From positions 2,432,001 through 2,496,000 of the forward strand of contig OZ244160.1 in assembly GCA_965216325.1 (NCBI GenBank): a stretch of 64,000 nt of DNA, read 5' to 3'. The notes beneath the pieces were generated by a model that saw only the letters and a program-made list of their open reading frames with translations, had not been told where the DNA came from and did not search any database. Shown one piece after another: positions 38,075 through 48,948 of this stretch (positions are counted from its first letter, which is position 1; every line of letters begins with the position of its first letter). Made by a program: the position numbers and the translations under genes. The DNA is from Coraliomargarita sp. (lineage in GTDB: Bacteria > Verrucomicrobiota > Verrucomicrobiia > Opitutales > Coraliomargaritaceae).

Positions 38075-39088
38075 ATGGACTTCTCTCGACGTAACTTCCT
38101 TAAGATGGCTGTCGGATCGACAGCGCTCGCTGCCGCTTCCTCCAAAGTCATCGCCGAAGCTGCGGATGCCGTGGAGATTCCGAAACGTAAGTTCGGTCGT
38201 CATGACGACATGCTCTCGGTCGTCGGTTTTGGTGGGCACACGCTGTATTTTGCCGGTTCACAAAAAGAGGCGAACCAGATTATGCACCGTGCGATTGAGC
38301 GCGGGGTGAACTTCTTTGACAATGCCTGGGCTTACCATGGTGGGAAGGCTGAGGAGTATATGGGCAATGCGCTCGTTGGGCACCGAGAAAAGGTCTTTTT
38401 GATGTCCAAGTTCGCGAATTTTCGGGATGACAAATACTCGGAGGACAAAGCTGGTGCGATGAAATCGCTTGAGGACTCACTGCGCCGCTTGAAGACCGAC
38501 TATCTGGACCTCTGGATGATGCACAACGTGGTCGATAACGATGCGGACGATGCCTACAAGTCGGACGGTGCGATTGCGGCGATCGAGCTGGCGAAACAGC
38601 AAGGCAAAATTCGCTATGGCGGCTTTACGGGGCACACCACACCGTCGCTTCATGTCGATATGATTGAGCGCGGTTACGAATGGGATGCGACGCTGATGCC
38701 GGTTTCGGTCGTGGGCGCGTTGGAGTCTCGTGGTTTTGAGAAGCAAGTCATGCCACTGTGTGAAAAGCACAACATCGCCGTGCTGGGGATGAAGGGCTTT
38801 GGCGGTAGCCGCCGCACGCAGCTACACGGACAGACGAATGTCGAAGAAGTGCTGCGCTATTCGCTCAGCTACAAGCAAGTCTGCTCGCACCTCGTCGGTA
38901 TCGACAAGCTCGAGTTTGCCGATCTGGCGATTGCCGGCTCAGCTGCCACGCCGATGACGGCGGAGGAGCGCAGTGCCTTTGTGGTGAATGATTCACCGCT
39001 CTCTCCGCACTATGCGGATTATCAGCACGGTGGTCACTTCTACAACGCCGGTATCTGCGGTGGTAAAAGCCACGAGCACACGGCTTAG
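38075..39088 (+). CDS. Tat-exported aldo/keto reductase
   Basis: SRRNFLK signal; FFDNAWAY, MSK, SLRRLKTDYLDLWMMH, GKIRYGGFTGH. Confidence 0.92.
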   Translation: MDFSRRNFLKMAVGSTALAAASSKVIAEAADAVEIPKRKFGRHDDMLSVVGFGGHTLYFAGSQKEANQIMHRAIERGVNFFDNAWAYHGGKAEEYMGNALVGHREKVFLMSKFANFRDDKYSEDKAGAMKSLEDSLRRLKTDYLDLWMMHNVVDNDADDAYKSDGAIAAIELAKQQGKIRYGGFTGHTTPSLHVDMIERGYEWDATLMPVSVVGALESRGFEKQVMPLCEKHNIAVLGMKGFGGSRRTQLHGQTNVEEVLRYSLSYKQVCSHLVGIDKLEFADLAIAGSAATPMTAEERSAFVVNDSPLSPHYADYQHGGHFYNAGICGGKSHEHTA

Positions 39089-39108
39089 GCTGATCCCGCG
39101 GTCTTTCG

Positions 39109-39165
39109 AAAGTGCTTCGCACTTCCGCTACGAACATTTGTGTAGAGCAAGTGCGAAGCACTTTC
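39109..39165. terminator. Inverted repeat after the aldo/keto reductase gene
   Basis: AAAGTGCTTCGCACTT ... AAGTGCGAAGCACTTT followed by CTTTT. Confidence 0.5.
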
Positions 39166-39333
39166 TTTTGATGGCGCCGTTGCGTATCGCGTATTGAAGA
39201 AGATTTGGCCCAGTTGGTTCGGACTATCGATTGAGCAGGACAGGAATGTCCTGCCCCCTATATCAAGTGCTTCGTTTAAAGGAGGACGGACATTCCTGTC
39301 CGTCTTTAAGCTTATACCGTATTTAAAGTGGTA

Positions 39334-40197
39334 TTAATGCAACGCGATCTCGTCGAGCACTTGTTGGCGAGACTTTTGTAGTGCCGGATTGTCGACGGTT
39401 TCAGCGAGTGTTTTGGCTTCTTCGTAGCGGCCGAGTTCGGCCATCACGCGTGCGCGGTGGAGGTCGATGATCTGTGTGCGAATGCCAAGCTGTGAAGCGT
39501 CGCGCACTTTATTCCAATGCAGGAGCGCGGCCTTCCAGTCGGGGCTGGCTTGGTCGTAGTAGGCCTCGCCGACTCGCATCTGATAGTCGAGGTTTTCCGG
39601 ATCGAGTTGGGCGGCTTGCTTGAATGCCTTCAGGATCTCGCGGTCGATGGCATCGCGGGTGTAGAGCCCTTTCTCGATGTAGTCTTTGCCAAAGTTATAC
39701 AGTAGCTCAGCGAGGCCGTATTGGTAAATGGCGACTTCGGGATCGAGTTCAACTGCTTGCAAATAATAGAGCAGGGCGGCTTCACCCTCGCCAGCTTCGG
39801 CGAGATGGTTGCCGATCTGCTGTTTGACCACAGGGACTTTGGGGTTGAGCTCGTCCGCCTGGAGAAAGTGGGTGAAGGCCTCGTTGGGCTGATTCATCCG
39901 GCGCAGCAGTTTGCCATACAGTATGTGGGCTTCGGCGTCGTTCGGGTTGTCGCTGAGATAGTTGTGGTAGGACTGCGCGAGTGTGGTAATGCGGCGCTCC
40001 AGGTCGTCGTCACTGTAATACAGCGGGTCCTCGGCGATCTTTTGATAAATCTTCTCTTCGCTCTCGGCGATCTTGAGCAGGCGCTCAGAAGTGAAGTTGG
40101 CATGCTCGGCTTCGCTCTGTGCGGAGAGCGGAGCCGCCAAGCCAAGACCCGCGACTGCGAGTGGAAGCATGCAAAGACCTGTGAAAACTGACTTCAA
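39334..40197 (-). CDS. Secreted tetratricopeptide-repeat protein
   Basis: Signal peptide; TPR-like A...Y..A..L.P repeats. Confidence 0.8.
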   Translation of the reverse strand: MKSVFTGLCMLPLAVAGLGLAAPLSAQSEAEHANFTSERLLKIAESEEKIYQKIAEDPLYYSDDDLERRITTLAQSYHNYLSDNPNDAEAHILYGKLLRRMNQPNEAFTHFLQADELNPKVPVVKQQIGNHLAEAGEGEAALLYYLQAVELDPEVAIYQYGLAELLYNFGKDYIEKGLYTRDAIDREILKAFKQAAQLDPENLDYQMRVGEAYYDQASPDWKAALLHWNKVRDASQLGIRTQIIDLHRARVMAELGRYEEAKTLAETVDNPALQKSRQQVLDEIALH

Positions 40198-40209
40198 AAT
40201 TCTAGGGAG

Positions 40210-43200
40210 CTAGGAGAGTGATTTCCAACAGCGTAGGAGCAATTGGTGGATATCTTCAAGGATGGAGTAGAAGCTCGGCACCAGAATCAAGGTCATTAAT
40301 GTTGCAAACAAGACACCGAAACTGAGCGAGATCGCCATCGGTATCAGAAACTGTGCTTGCAAACTTGTTTCAAACAAAAGCGGTAAAAGTCCGCAGAAGG
40401 TGGTGATTGAGGTCAGCACAATTGGGCGGAAGCGCATCGCACCGGAGTCTTCGATCGCTTTGCGCAGCGGTACGCCTTTGCGGCGCTCCTGATTAATGAA
40501 ATCGACCAGCACGAGGCTGTCGTTGACCACGACACCCGCCAAAGCGACGAAACCTAGAATCGACAGAATACTCATTGGGCGATCCATCAGCATGTGTCCG
40601 CCGATGGCACCAATCAGGCCGAAGGGAATCACGCTCATGACGATGAAGGGCTGCAGGTAAGACTTTAGCGGAATCGCGAGCAGGGCGAAAATGATGAAGA
40701 AGGCCACCATCGTCATCTTGCCCAGGCTGGCAAACACGTCGGCTTGTTCACGGGCTTCACCTTCGAAGCTCCAGCTTAATTCCGGGTAGTCCGCGAGCAC
40801 GGTGCTGATGATGCCGGGCGTGTCGGGCTCGCCGCGTTGCTTTTGATCCGCGAGTTCTTCTTTGACCAAGTCGATGCCGACCACGGCTTTGTTGGCATCG
40901 GCGGTGATGTTGATCACCCGACGGCGATCGACGCGAGTGATGGTCGAGAAGCCATCGGTGATTTCAAAGTCGGCGACTTCGTAGAAGGGCACTTCGCTGC
41001 CATCGGCGGTGCGTATACGGAGTTCTTCAAGGTTCTCGACCGAGCGGCGTTCATCTTTGGGATAGCGCACCATGACTTTGATGTCATCGCGGCCACGTTG
41101 GATGCGTTGCGCTTCGGCGCCATAGAAGGCCGCTCGCACTTGGCTACCGAGATCGCTCATGCGTAGACCTAGGGCTTGGGCAGAGGGTTTGATCTGTAGC
41201 TGGATCTCACGCTTGCCGCTACTGTAATTGTCGCGGATGTCGTAAAGTCCATCGTAGTTGGCCAGCACTACCTTGAGTTGCTCGCTTGCAGCACGCAGTT
41301 GTTCGAAATCGGTGCCGGAGAGCTGGATGTCGATCGGCATCCCAGCTTGGCCGGCTGCGTTTGCTTTGAAGCTGATCTGTTTTGCGCCGGGTATCGGGGC
41401 CATGAGTTCACGCCAGCGTTCGGCGAGGTTGGGGGCGGAAAGCTCTTCGATAGTTCCGCCGCCCATGAGGTCTTCGCGCTTGCGTAGTTCAACGGCGATC
41501 TCAGCGATGTGTTCGCTGAAGACTTCAGGTGTGCCACCCATCGGGCCGCCGCCTTCAAAGGGCTGGGAGCCGAGGGTGATGACAATGTTTTCAAAGGGAT
41601 TGTCGTAGCCCTTGCTTTCGACTTCGGCGATCAGCGCATCGAGCCCGGCTTCGAGGGTGTGTAGTCCTTGTTCGGTGATTTCAATCGGCGTGCCTTCTGG
41701 CATGACCAGCTGGGTTACGATGTAGTCGGAGGGCACCTTCGGCATGAAAATAAAGGGCACGCGCTTGCTAAAGATGAGCGCGAACATGAAGAACAGCAGG
41801 CCGGTAAACAGCACGACAGTTGCGTAGCGGTAGCGCAGTGTCCAAGTTAGAACCGGGCGATAGCGGTGGGCGACGAAATGCTCGAGCCCATCGGCGATTT
41901 TGCGTTGTTGGCGGCGTAGCCAACCGAGCTGCTTGCGATCATGGCTGCCAACCTTGCAGAGTGTCAGGTGGTAGGGCAGCACCAGCTTGGACTCGATCAG
42001 CGACCAGGTTAGGGTCGCGATGACGACGACCGGAATCGGATAGAAGAATTTTCCGATAAAGCCGGGCAAAGTGAGGATCGGCAGGAAGGCCACGATGGTG
42101 GTTAGAACCGCGAAAGTAACTGGGATCGAGACCTTATGCGTGCCCGCAACGGAGGCTTCGATGCCGGGGCCGCCGTGTTTTTGGAACTGAGTGAAGACAC
42201 TCTCGCCAACGATGATCGCATCGTCGACCACGATGCCGAGCACTAGAATGAAGCCAAATAGCGAGGCGAGGTTGATACTGATTCCCAAGGGCGGGAGCAG
42301 CAGCACTGCACCGAGGAATGAGATCGGAATGCCGATCATCACGAAGAAGGCCAGCGAGGGACGCAGGAAGAGCGTCAACACCAGAAAGACTAGAATCAGG
42401 CCGATGATGCCATTTTCGATCAGCATTTGCAGGCGCCCCTTCAGATAGAAGGTGAAGTCCCGAAACGCTTCGACTTCGATGCCTGCAGGTAGGCGCGCTT
42501 CAAATGCGTCCGCAAAGGCGCGCACGCTTTTGGCGACATCGAGTGTGTTTTGGTCGCCGACCGCAAAGACGCGTAGCATGACCGCGCGCTTATCGTTGAA
42601 TGTGGAAATCAGTGGCGTGTCGACAAAGCCGTCGTCGATCTCTGCGACGTCACTGACGAGGACGATCCCGCCATCGGCGCGTGTGAGGATCGGTATGTTG
42701 GCAAACTCAGTGCCGCGGTAGGCTTTGCCGGTGGTGCGCAGTAGAATCTCGCCACCGCGTGATTTGATGGAGCCGCCCGGAATGTCGATGGAACTGCGAC
42801 GCACTGCTTGCACCACGTCGTTGAATGTGAGCCCGTAGCGGCGTAGTGAATTTTCGGATACGTTAATCGAGATCTCATAATTGGCGATGCCCTTGAGGTC
42901 GATCTGAGTGACGTTGTGTTGGGCGTTGAGCTCGTCGCGTGCGGCTTCGGCAATCTCTTTGAGCACGCGCACATCGCTATCTCCATAGATCGCGAGCGAA
43001 ATGACTTCATTGCGAATCAGCAGCTCTTCGACGACGGGCTCTTCAGCTTCTTCGGGGAAGTTGGTGATGGCATCGATGCGTACTTTGACTTTGTCGCGCA
43101 GTTCCGAGACGTTGTAAGTGCGTCCGACTTCGATTAGCAGCGAACCATGCCCTTCGGCGGCGGAGGCGGTTATTTGCTTAATGCCATCCAGGTCTTGGAT

Positions 43201-43404
43201 GCGGTCTTCAATGAGTTCAACGATGCCAGACTCGACCTCTTCGGGGGCGGCTCCGGGGTAGGGCACGCGCACCTGGATGAAGTCGAGGTCCAGTTGTGGG
43301 AAGAGCTCGAGCTTAATGCTGCTTGCCGTGAACAAGCCGGCTACGATCACAATCGCAGCAAGCAGGTTGGCAGCGACGCCGTTTTGTGTGAACCAACGAA
43401 TCAT
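40210..43404 (-). CDS. RND efflux transporter permease subunit
   Basis: YPGAAPEEVE, LGIVVDDAIIVGE, GVVVNDSLVLVD, RFRPIVLTSITT. Confidence 0.97.
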   Translation of the reverse strand: MIRWFTQNGVAANLLAAIVIVAGLFTASSIKLELFPQLDLDFIQVRVPYPGAAPEEVESGIVELIEDRIQDLDGIKQITASAAEGHGSLLIEVGRTYNVSELRDKVKVRIDAITNFPEEAEEPVVEELLIRNEVISLAIYGDSDVRVLKEIAEAARDELNAQHNVTQIDLKGIANYEISINVSENSLRRYGLTFNDVVQAVRRSSIDIPGGSIKSRGGEILLRTTGKAYRGTEFANIPILTRADGGIVLVSDVAEIDDGFVDTPLISTFNDKRAVMLRVFAVGDQNTLDVAKSVRAFADAFEARLPAGIEVEAFRDFTFYLKGRLQMLIENGIIGLILVFLVLTLFLRPSLAFFVMIGIPISFLGAVLLLPPLGISINLASLFGFILVLGIVVDDAIIVGESVFTQFQKHGGPGIEASVAGTHKVSIPVTFAVLTTIVAFLPILTLPGFIGKFFYPIPVVVIATLTWSLIESKLVLPYHLTLCKVGSHDRKQLGWLRRQQRKIADGLEHFVAHRYRPVLTWTLRYRYATVVLFTGLLFFMFALIFSKRVPFIFMPKVPSDYIVTQLVMPEGTPIEITEQGLHTLEAGLDALIAEVESKGYDNPFENIVITLGSQPFEGGGPMGGTPEVFSEHIAEIAVELRKREDLMGGGTIEELSAPNLAERWRELMAPIPGAKQISFKANAAGQAGMPIDIQLSGTDFEQLRAASEQLKVVLANYDGLYDIRDNYSSGKREIQLQIKPSAQALGLRMSDLGSQVRAAFYGAEAQRIQRGRDDIKVMVRYPKDERRSVENLEELRIRTADGSEVPFYEVADFEITDGFSTITRVDRRRVINITADANKAVVGIDLVKEELADQKQRGEPDTPGIISTVLADYPELSWSFEGEAREQADVFASLGKMTMVAFFIIFALLAIPLKSYLQPFIVMSVIPFGLIGAIGGHMLMDRPMSILSILGFVALAGVVVNDSLVLVDFINQERRKGVPLRKAIEDSGAMRFRPIVLTSITTFCGLLPLLFETSLQAQFLIPMAISLSFGVLFATLMTLILVPSFYSILEDIHQLLLRCWKSLS

Positions 43405-44540
43405 TGGGCGCTCAGAACGTTGACGGGCATATTCTCGGTGAAGTAGGCGATCGGGCTGATGGCGACGCGGTCGCCGGTTTCGAGACCGCCGTTGATGATG
43501 ACTCGCTCGGCATCACTTTTCACGATGCTGACTTCGCGGGTTTGCAGTGTGTCTGCCGCAGTGACGATATAGACCGAGTTGGAACCGCGCAGGGCGTATC
43601 GTGGAAGTGAATACACCGCCTCGATGCTACGACCTTGCATCTCGGCGTTCACGAACAGTCCACGCTTCATGGGGAGTTGGCCAGAGCCCGGAATTGCGCG
43701 GAAGGGTTCTTCGAGTTCGGCAATGGCATAGATGAGACGGTTGGCGGGATCGATGGTGGCATCCAGCCGTGCAAAGCGTGCCGTCCACTCACGGCGGCCG
43801 CGTGCGGTGTCACGATAGAGCGTGACCTTCGTCGGGCGTTGCTCGGGATCTTCTAAAAAGATCGCTTCGCTGAGTGCGATGGGGAGGCGCACTTCGGCAA
43901 GTTCAGTGGAGTAAATGCGGGCGATGGGGTTGGCGGGATTCGCGACGACATATTGCCCGAGATCGACGTTCTTGGAGAGGACGAGTCCGTCATAGGGTGC
44001 AGTGATCCGCGTGCGGTCGAGGTCGCGCTGGGCTTGGGTGACGGAGGCTTCCGCGCTTTTTACCATGGCTTTGGCCTGTGCGAGTTGTGGCTTACGCAGG
44101 GTGAGCTCACTGGCTTCGCCTTCGCCCATGGCCTCCCAGTCTTCGAGTGCTTGTTCCGCGAGTGCTTGCTCATGGGCCAGTGTTAAGCGGGCGCTGGCCA
44201 GATCGGCTTCGCGCATGGCGAGTGCGGCCTCGTAGTCGGCGCTCTCGATAGTCAGTAAGACTTCGCCCTCCTTGAAGAAGCTGCCCGCGCGGAAGTTCTT
44301 GGAGACCTCAGTGATACGTCCGCTGACTTCGACGGAAATGTCCGACTCGATGGTGGGCAGGACGGTGCCTTGGCTGCGGACAGTGACCTGAACAGTCTGT
44401 GGCTCTGCGGTGATGACTTCGACATTGGTGACCGCACGTTCCGGAGCGACCTTCTTGGCCTCGGGCTTGGTCAGCACCAGAAACGAGACGCCGAGTGCCG
44501 TGGCGATGACAGTGAATACGATGAGTAAGAACTGTTTCAT
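43401..44540 (-). CDS. RND periplasmic adaptor (MFP) subunit
   Basis: EVSGRI, RITAPYDG, GLETGDRV. Confidence 0.95.
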   Translation of the reverse strand: MKQFLLIVFTVIATALGVSFLVLTKPEAKKVAPERAVTNVEVITAEPQTVQVTVRSQGTVLPTIESDISVEVSGRITEVSKNFRAGSFFKEGEVLLTIESADYEAALAMREADLASARLTLAHEQALAEQALEDWEAMGEGEASELTLRKPQLAQAKAMVKSAEASVTQAQRDLDRTRITAPYDGLVLSKNVDLGQYVVANPANPIARIYSTELAEVRLPIALSEAIFLEDPEQRPTKVTLYRDTARGRREWTARFARLDATIDPANRLIYAIAELEEPFRAIPGSGQLPMKRGLFVNAEMQGRSIEAVYSLPRYALRGSNSVYIVTAADTLQTREVSIVKSDAERVIINGGLETGDRVAISPIAYFTENMPVNVLSAQ

Positions 44541-44564
44541 TGGGATGCGGTTCGAGTTAGTTGG

Positions 44565-44677
44565 GTAGGGTCGCCTCGCTGAGGCGACCGTTCTATAATG
44601 AACTCTATTGGCGGATATCTAAGCTTTGGATTGTTTTGCGGTTTGGGCGAACGGCTGCCTCGGCGAGACAGCCCTAC
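44565..44677. repeat. GTAG-type REP doublet inside the efflux operon
   Basis: GTAGGGTCGCCTCGCTGAGGCGACC ... GGCTGCCTCGGCGAGACAGCCCTAC. Confidence 0.8.
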
Positions 44678-44683
44678 CTTGGA

Positions 44684-46090
44684 TTAAATGCTTTCGTCGA
44701 AGGGGCCGCCGAGTGCGAGATAGAGGTCGACCCGGTTTTGGAGTAGCAGGTTGCGGACGGTGAGTAGGTTGCTGCGTGCCGTGTTGGCCGTGCGTTGGGT
44801 ATCGAGTGCGTTGATAAAACTGGTGGTGCCGTTGCGATATTTGCTCCAAGCCAGTGACTCGGCGGCGATGGCTTCTTCGGTGGCGGCAAAGAGCTTGGCG
44901 TATTCGCTTTTGAGGTAGGTCTCAGCCGCGAGCGTGGTTTCCACTTCAAGAAAGGCGACGAGTGTGCGGTCTCGGTAATTGAGTAAAGCCTGATCACGCA
45001 GGGATGCGGAGCGGTCGATGTTGGCGCGGATGCGGCCACCTTGGAAGACCGGTTGGCTGAGGTTGCCGGCAATGCTATAGGCGAAGAAGTTGCTGTTAAA
45101 GATGTCTTTGAACTCTTGAGAGCTGTTGCCACCGCTGGCGGTCAGCGCGATGCTGGGGAGCAGCTCTTTTTGTGCTGCGAGCAGTTCTTTATCGGTCGCA
45201 GCCAGTCGGCGCTCTGCTGCGCGCAGATCCGGGCGACGATTAATGAGTTCGGAGGGGATCCCGACGGGCACAGGCGCGGGGAGTGGCGCGAGCTCAGTGT
45301 CGGCTTCGATTTGGGCAGAGGGGTAGCGCCCCAGCACGATTTCCAGACTACGTGCTGCCTGATCGCGGCCGCGGCGACGGGTTTCAACGGCTGCATCGGA
45401 ACCAGCGGCCTGAGTGCGCAGGCGGCGCAGGTCGAGACCTGCGCTCAGCCCACGTTTGAAGCGAGCTTCGAGGGTTTGGGTATTTTGGGAGTAGGCTTCT
45501 GCGGTGTCCTGCGCCAGGGCGAGTTGCGCTTCGGCTTCGACATAGTTGAACCAGCTTTTGACGACTTGAGCGGCGAGGGACTGGCGGGCGGATTGCAGGT
45601 CGGCATTGCTGGCGTCGACCTGAGCCAGTGCGGCTGAGGTGCGATCGCGCACTTTACCCCAGATATCGAGTTCCCAGCTCACGTTTAGGTTGAGCCCATA
45701 GTCTTCAAAGCGAGTGTTGCCTGTGTTCGCCGGGCCAAAGCTGTTGATTTGTCGGCGGGAGGCGTCCAGTCCCAGATTGGCGCTGGGCATGAGATCCGCT
45801 CCCGCGATGCGAGCTTCTGAGATGGCTTGGTTGAGTCGGGCTGCAGTGATTTGTAAGCTGGGGTTGTTCTGTAGGGCTTCGCTGACGAGCTTGTTTAGAG
45901 CGGGGTCGTTGAAGTCGTTGAGCCAAGCGGTAGGGCTACCTTGCTGCGTGATACTGTTTGCAGTCCATTGAGCGGGTTCGTCGACCTCGGGTGCGCTACT
46001 CTGCTCGGGTGCACTGACGCAGCCCATGACTGCTAGAGCGATCAGACTTAATGTCAGTCGGCTGGAAGATTGGATAGAATCGAAATACAC
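44684..46090 (-). CDS. Efflux outer-membrane lipoprotein (NodT/TolC family)
   Basis: Lipobox VMGC, SWELDIWGK, RRPDLRAAE, LYLALGG; start codon uncertain. Confidence 0.95.
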   Translation of the reverse strand: MYFDSIQSSSRLTLSLIALAVMGCVSAPEQSSAPEVDEPAQWTANSITQQGSPTAWLNDFNDPALNKLVSEALQNNPSLQITAARLNQAISEARIAGADLMPSANLGLDASRRQINSFGPANTGNTRFEDYGLNLNVSWELDIWGKVRDRTSAALAQVDASNADLQSARQSLAAQVVKSWFNYVEAEAQLALAQDTAEAYSQNTQTLEARFKRGLSAGLDLRRLRTQAAGSDAAVETRRRGRDQAARSLEIVLGRYPSAQIEADTELAPLPAPVPVGIPSELINRRPDLRAAERRLAATDKELLAAQKELLPSIALTASGGNSSQEFKDIFNSNFFAYSIAGNLSQPVFQGGRIRANIDRSASLRDQALLNYRDRTLVAFLEVETTLAAETYLKSEYAKLFAATEEAIAAESLAWSKYRNGTTSFINALDTQRTANTARSNLLTVRNLLLQNRVDLYLALGGPFDESI

Positions 46091-46195
46091 TTTGTGGAGA
46101 GTATCGCTGATAGAGACAGTGGCTTACGAACCGATTCCTACTAAAGAGTGTAGGACCTCACAAATCTTGGGGGCGATTGGCTTTTGGGCAAAAGA

Positions 46196-46226
46196 AAACC
46201 GCAGCCCGAATCGGGATCTGCGGTTT
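46196..46226 (-). terminator. Terminator after ptsH
   Basis: AAACCGCAG...CTGCGGTTT inverted repeat with a T-rich tail on the minus strand. Confidence 0.6.
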
Positions 46227-46249
46227 ATAAAAAGTTGTTTATTGGGCGA

Positions 46250-46552
46250 TTAGGCTTCTTCGAAGCGGCGGTCGAACAGACCTTCGAGCTCGTCGAGCAT
46301 CTTCTCGGCTGTGTCGCTTGGGCCTTCGGTGCGAATTACCAGCTTGGAGCCTTTACCTGCAGCCAGCATCATCAGCCCCATGATGCTCTTGCCGTTGACT
46401 TGCTCATCGTCTTTCTCAACCCACACTTCGCCCGCATAGGTGTTGGCGATGCGCACAATCATTGCAGCTGGGCGGGCATGGATGCCCATCTTGTTTTGCA
46501 CAACAAGTTCTCTGCTCATGGTTTCGTTGGAATCGCTGGTCTCTGAAGTCAT
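46250..46552 (-). CDS. ptsH: Phosphocarrier protein HPr
   Basis: GIHARPA (His15) and NGKSIMGLMML (Ser46). Confidence 0.96.
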   Translation of the reverse strand: MTSETSDSNETMSRELVVQNKMGIHARPAAMIVRIANTYAGEVWVEKDDEQVNGKSIMGLMMLAAGKGSKLVIRTEGPSDTAEKMLDELEGLFDRRFEEA

Positions 46553-46784
46553 ATACGTGTGAAAATGCGCAATCGCATTGAATGTATGGCTCGGGGGCCG
46601 ATTTATTAAAGAGCACCTGTTCGGTGCGGTCGGCAACTTTATCGGGCGATTTTTTTAACCGTCAAGGGGTAAATGTGGATGTGAGTGGCAGCTGCTGCAG
46701 TTTTAGTTGCACGGAAATGCATCGTCGAAGCGACATCTTGCCGCTTTCAATTAAGTCCAGAAAGAAGCGGCTGGAAGCACGCGT

Positions 46785-48554
46785 CTAGTCTGAATATTCA
46801 GGGATCAGGTCGCTCTGATGCTGCCAGAGGTCGGCATAATGGCCTTGGGCGGCCAGCAGCTCGTCGTGGGTTCCTGACTCGATAATGCGGCCTTTTTCCA
46901 TGACCACAATTTTGTCCGCACGGCGGACCGTGGAGAGCCGGTGGGCGATGACGAGGACGGTGCGCTCCGCGACCAGATGGTCGAGTGCTTGCTGGATTTT
47001 GCGCTCGGTGATGGTGTCGACGCTGGCGGTGGCCTCGTCCAGAATCACAAAGGGTGGGTTCTTGAGTAGGACGCGGGCGATGGTCAGACGTTGTTTCTCG
47101 CCTTGGCTAAGACGAATGCCTTTTTCGCCGATGTTGGTGTCGAGTTGGTTGGGGAGCGCGGCGACGAATTCCCAAGCGGAGGCTTGTTTGATGGCTTGGG
47201 TGATTTGTTTGTCGGTGGCATCGGCCTTGGCGAGCAGAAGGTTGTCCCGCACGGTGCCTTCGAACAGGAAGGGGTCTTGGGCGACATGACCGACTTTATC
47301 GTGCAGCTCGCTCAGGGAGATGTCGCGGATATCGATGCCGGAAATGGTGACGGTGCCACCGCTGACGTCGTAAGTGCGCATAGCAAGGTTGGCGACGGTC
47401 GATTTGCCGGCACCGGTATGGCCAACGATCGCGGTGACTTTGTTGGCTTCCAGGGTGAGTTCGAAGTCCTCCAATACGGCCGGGCGCTCCGGGTATTTGA
47501 ACTGCACTTGGTCGAAATGGAGCTCAATTGGGCCGGCCGGGAGCGGTTTGGGCTGCGCCGGCTCGTCGACTTCGATCGGTGTGTCGAGCACTTCAAATAC
47601 GCGCTCGCCTGAGGCTCGGCCCGCTGCGATCAGGTGGTTGAGGCCGTGCAGCTGCGAAATCGGCATGTAGAGCATGTTCGCGTAGAGAAAGAAGCCCACG
47701 AGTTTGCCCATCGTGAAGTTCGTGCCTTCCTGTAAGACGAGGTAACCCCCGACGCCCACGATACTGAGGAAGCCGAGCTTCGTGAAGAGGTTGGTGCTGG
47801 GGTGGTAAACCGACCAGCGATACATGGCGCGGACCGTGCGGTCGCGCAAGGTTTCGGCTTTTTCCTCAAAACGGGTTGATTCGCGCGCTTGCAGGCCGAA
47901 GGTTTGGATCAAGCGATTGCCCTGAATGTCTTCGACGAGCAGGCTGTTGAGGTCGGCCGAGCTTTCGCGCACGCCTTTCCAGACGACGCGTGAGCGCTTC
48001 GAGTAGAAGACACCGATGGTGATTAGAATCGGAACCGGCAGGAAGACGCACCAGGCTAAGGCAGGCTCTTTGATGAACAGAATGGTCGTGACTCCGACGA
48101 TGAGGAGGAGGGCGCGGGTGCCTTGTTCAGTGCCGTCCAGGAGGGCGCGCTCCACTTCGGCGACGTCCTCGATGACGCGTGACGAGATCTCACCGCTTTT
48201 ACGCTGATCGTAGAAGGAAACTGGCAGACGCAGTAGTTTCTCGTGCAGGTCGCGGCGCATTTCGACCAATACGCGCTGTTCGAGCGTGTTATTCACGCGT
48301 ATGCGCATACTGTTGAAGAACTCGCTGCCGAAATACAGTAGGGCGATAATACCAACGCCGGAGAGTAGACCTGAGATGGCGTCGACTTCGCCCAGCCCAT
48401 CGATGATCTGCATCACCGCGAGTGGTACAGCGATTTCGAGCAGTGTCATCGCGACTGCCAGACCGATCGTCAGCCAAAACAGGCCCTTGTAGCGGAACAA
48501 GTAGGCTGAGACACGTAGGATGGTGCTCTTTTTCTTCTCTTTCGATGCGCTCAC
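46785..48554 (-). CDS. ABC transporter, fused permease/ATP-binding subunit
   Basis: 6-TM domain, GHTGAGKST, LSQGEKQR, ILDEATASVD, IAHRLST; start approximate. Confidence 0.95.
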   Translation of the reverse strand: MSASKEKKKSTILRVSAYLFRYKGLFWLTIGLAVAMTLLEIAVPLAVMQIIDGLGEVDAISGLLSGVGIIALLYFGSEFFNSMRIRVNNTLEQRVLVEMRRDLHEKLLRLPVSFYDQRKSGEISSRVIEDVAEVERALLDGTEQGTRALLLIVGVTTILFIKEPALAWCVFLPVPILITIGVFYSKRSRVVWKGVRESSADLNSLLVEDIQGNRLIQTFGLQARESTRFEEKAETLRDRTVRAMYRWSVYHPSTNLFTKLGFLSIVGVGGYLVLQEGTNFTMGKLVGFFLYANMLYMPISQLHGLNHLIAAGRASGERVFEVLDTPIEVDEPAQPKPLPAGPIELHFDQVQFKYPERPAVLEDFELTLEANKVTAIVGHTGAGKSTVANLAMRTYDVSGGTVTISGIDIRDISLSELHDKVGHVAQDPFLFEGTVRDNLLLAKADATDKQITQAIKQASAWEFVAALPNQLDTNIGEKGIRLSQGEKQRLTIARVLLKNPPFVILDEATASVDTITERKIQQALDHLVAERTVLVIAHRLSTVRRADKIVVMEKGRIIESGTHDELLAAQGHYADLWQHQSDLIPEYSD

Positions 48555-48733
48555 TGTCTTGGACGCAATGCATGCGGGGTGCGTTTGGCAAATCCGAATC
48601 CGTTTTAATCGGGAACGGGGCATCATCTAGTCACTGAAAGTCGAAGCCGCTAATTTCGCTGATTGCACGCTGATATTCACCGCGTGGAGTTCGTATTGCT
48701 CATCAAGGGCACAAAGTTTCTCTGACGAAATGG

Positions 48734-48848
48734 GTAGGGCCGTCTCGCCGAGACGGCCGTCCGGCAATTGGGCGGGCGCGTTTGTCGCTTGTGTGGATTG
48801 CAAAACAGAATTGGAGAGCGTGTGGCAGCCTCGGCGAGGCTGCCCTAC
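48734..48848. repeat. GTAG-type REP doublet
   Basis: GTAGGGCCGTCTCGCCGAGACGGCC ... GGCAGCCTCGGCGAGGCTGCCCTAC. Confidence 0.8.
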
Positions 48849-48948
48849 CGACTCTAGCACTTGTTTATTTAAGGGTTGTCAGTCAACGGATCCCCCCACT
48901 TCTTTATCGGCTTTCATTTGTTTCAGTTTTTTAACCAACACACTTAAC

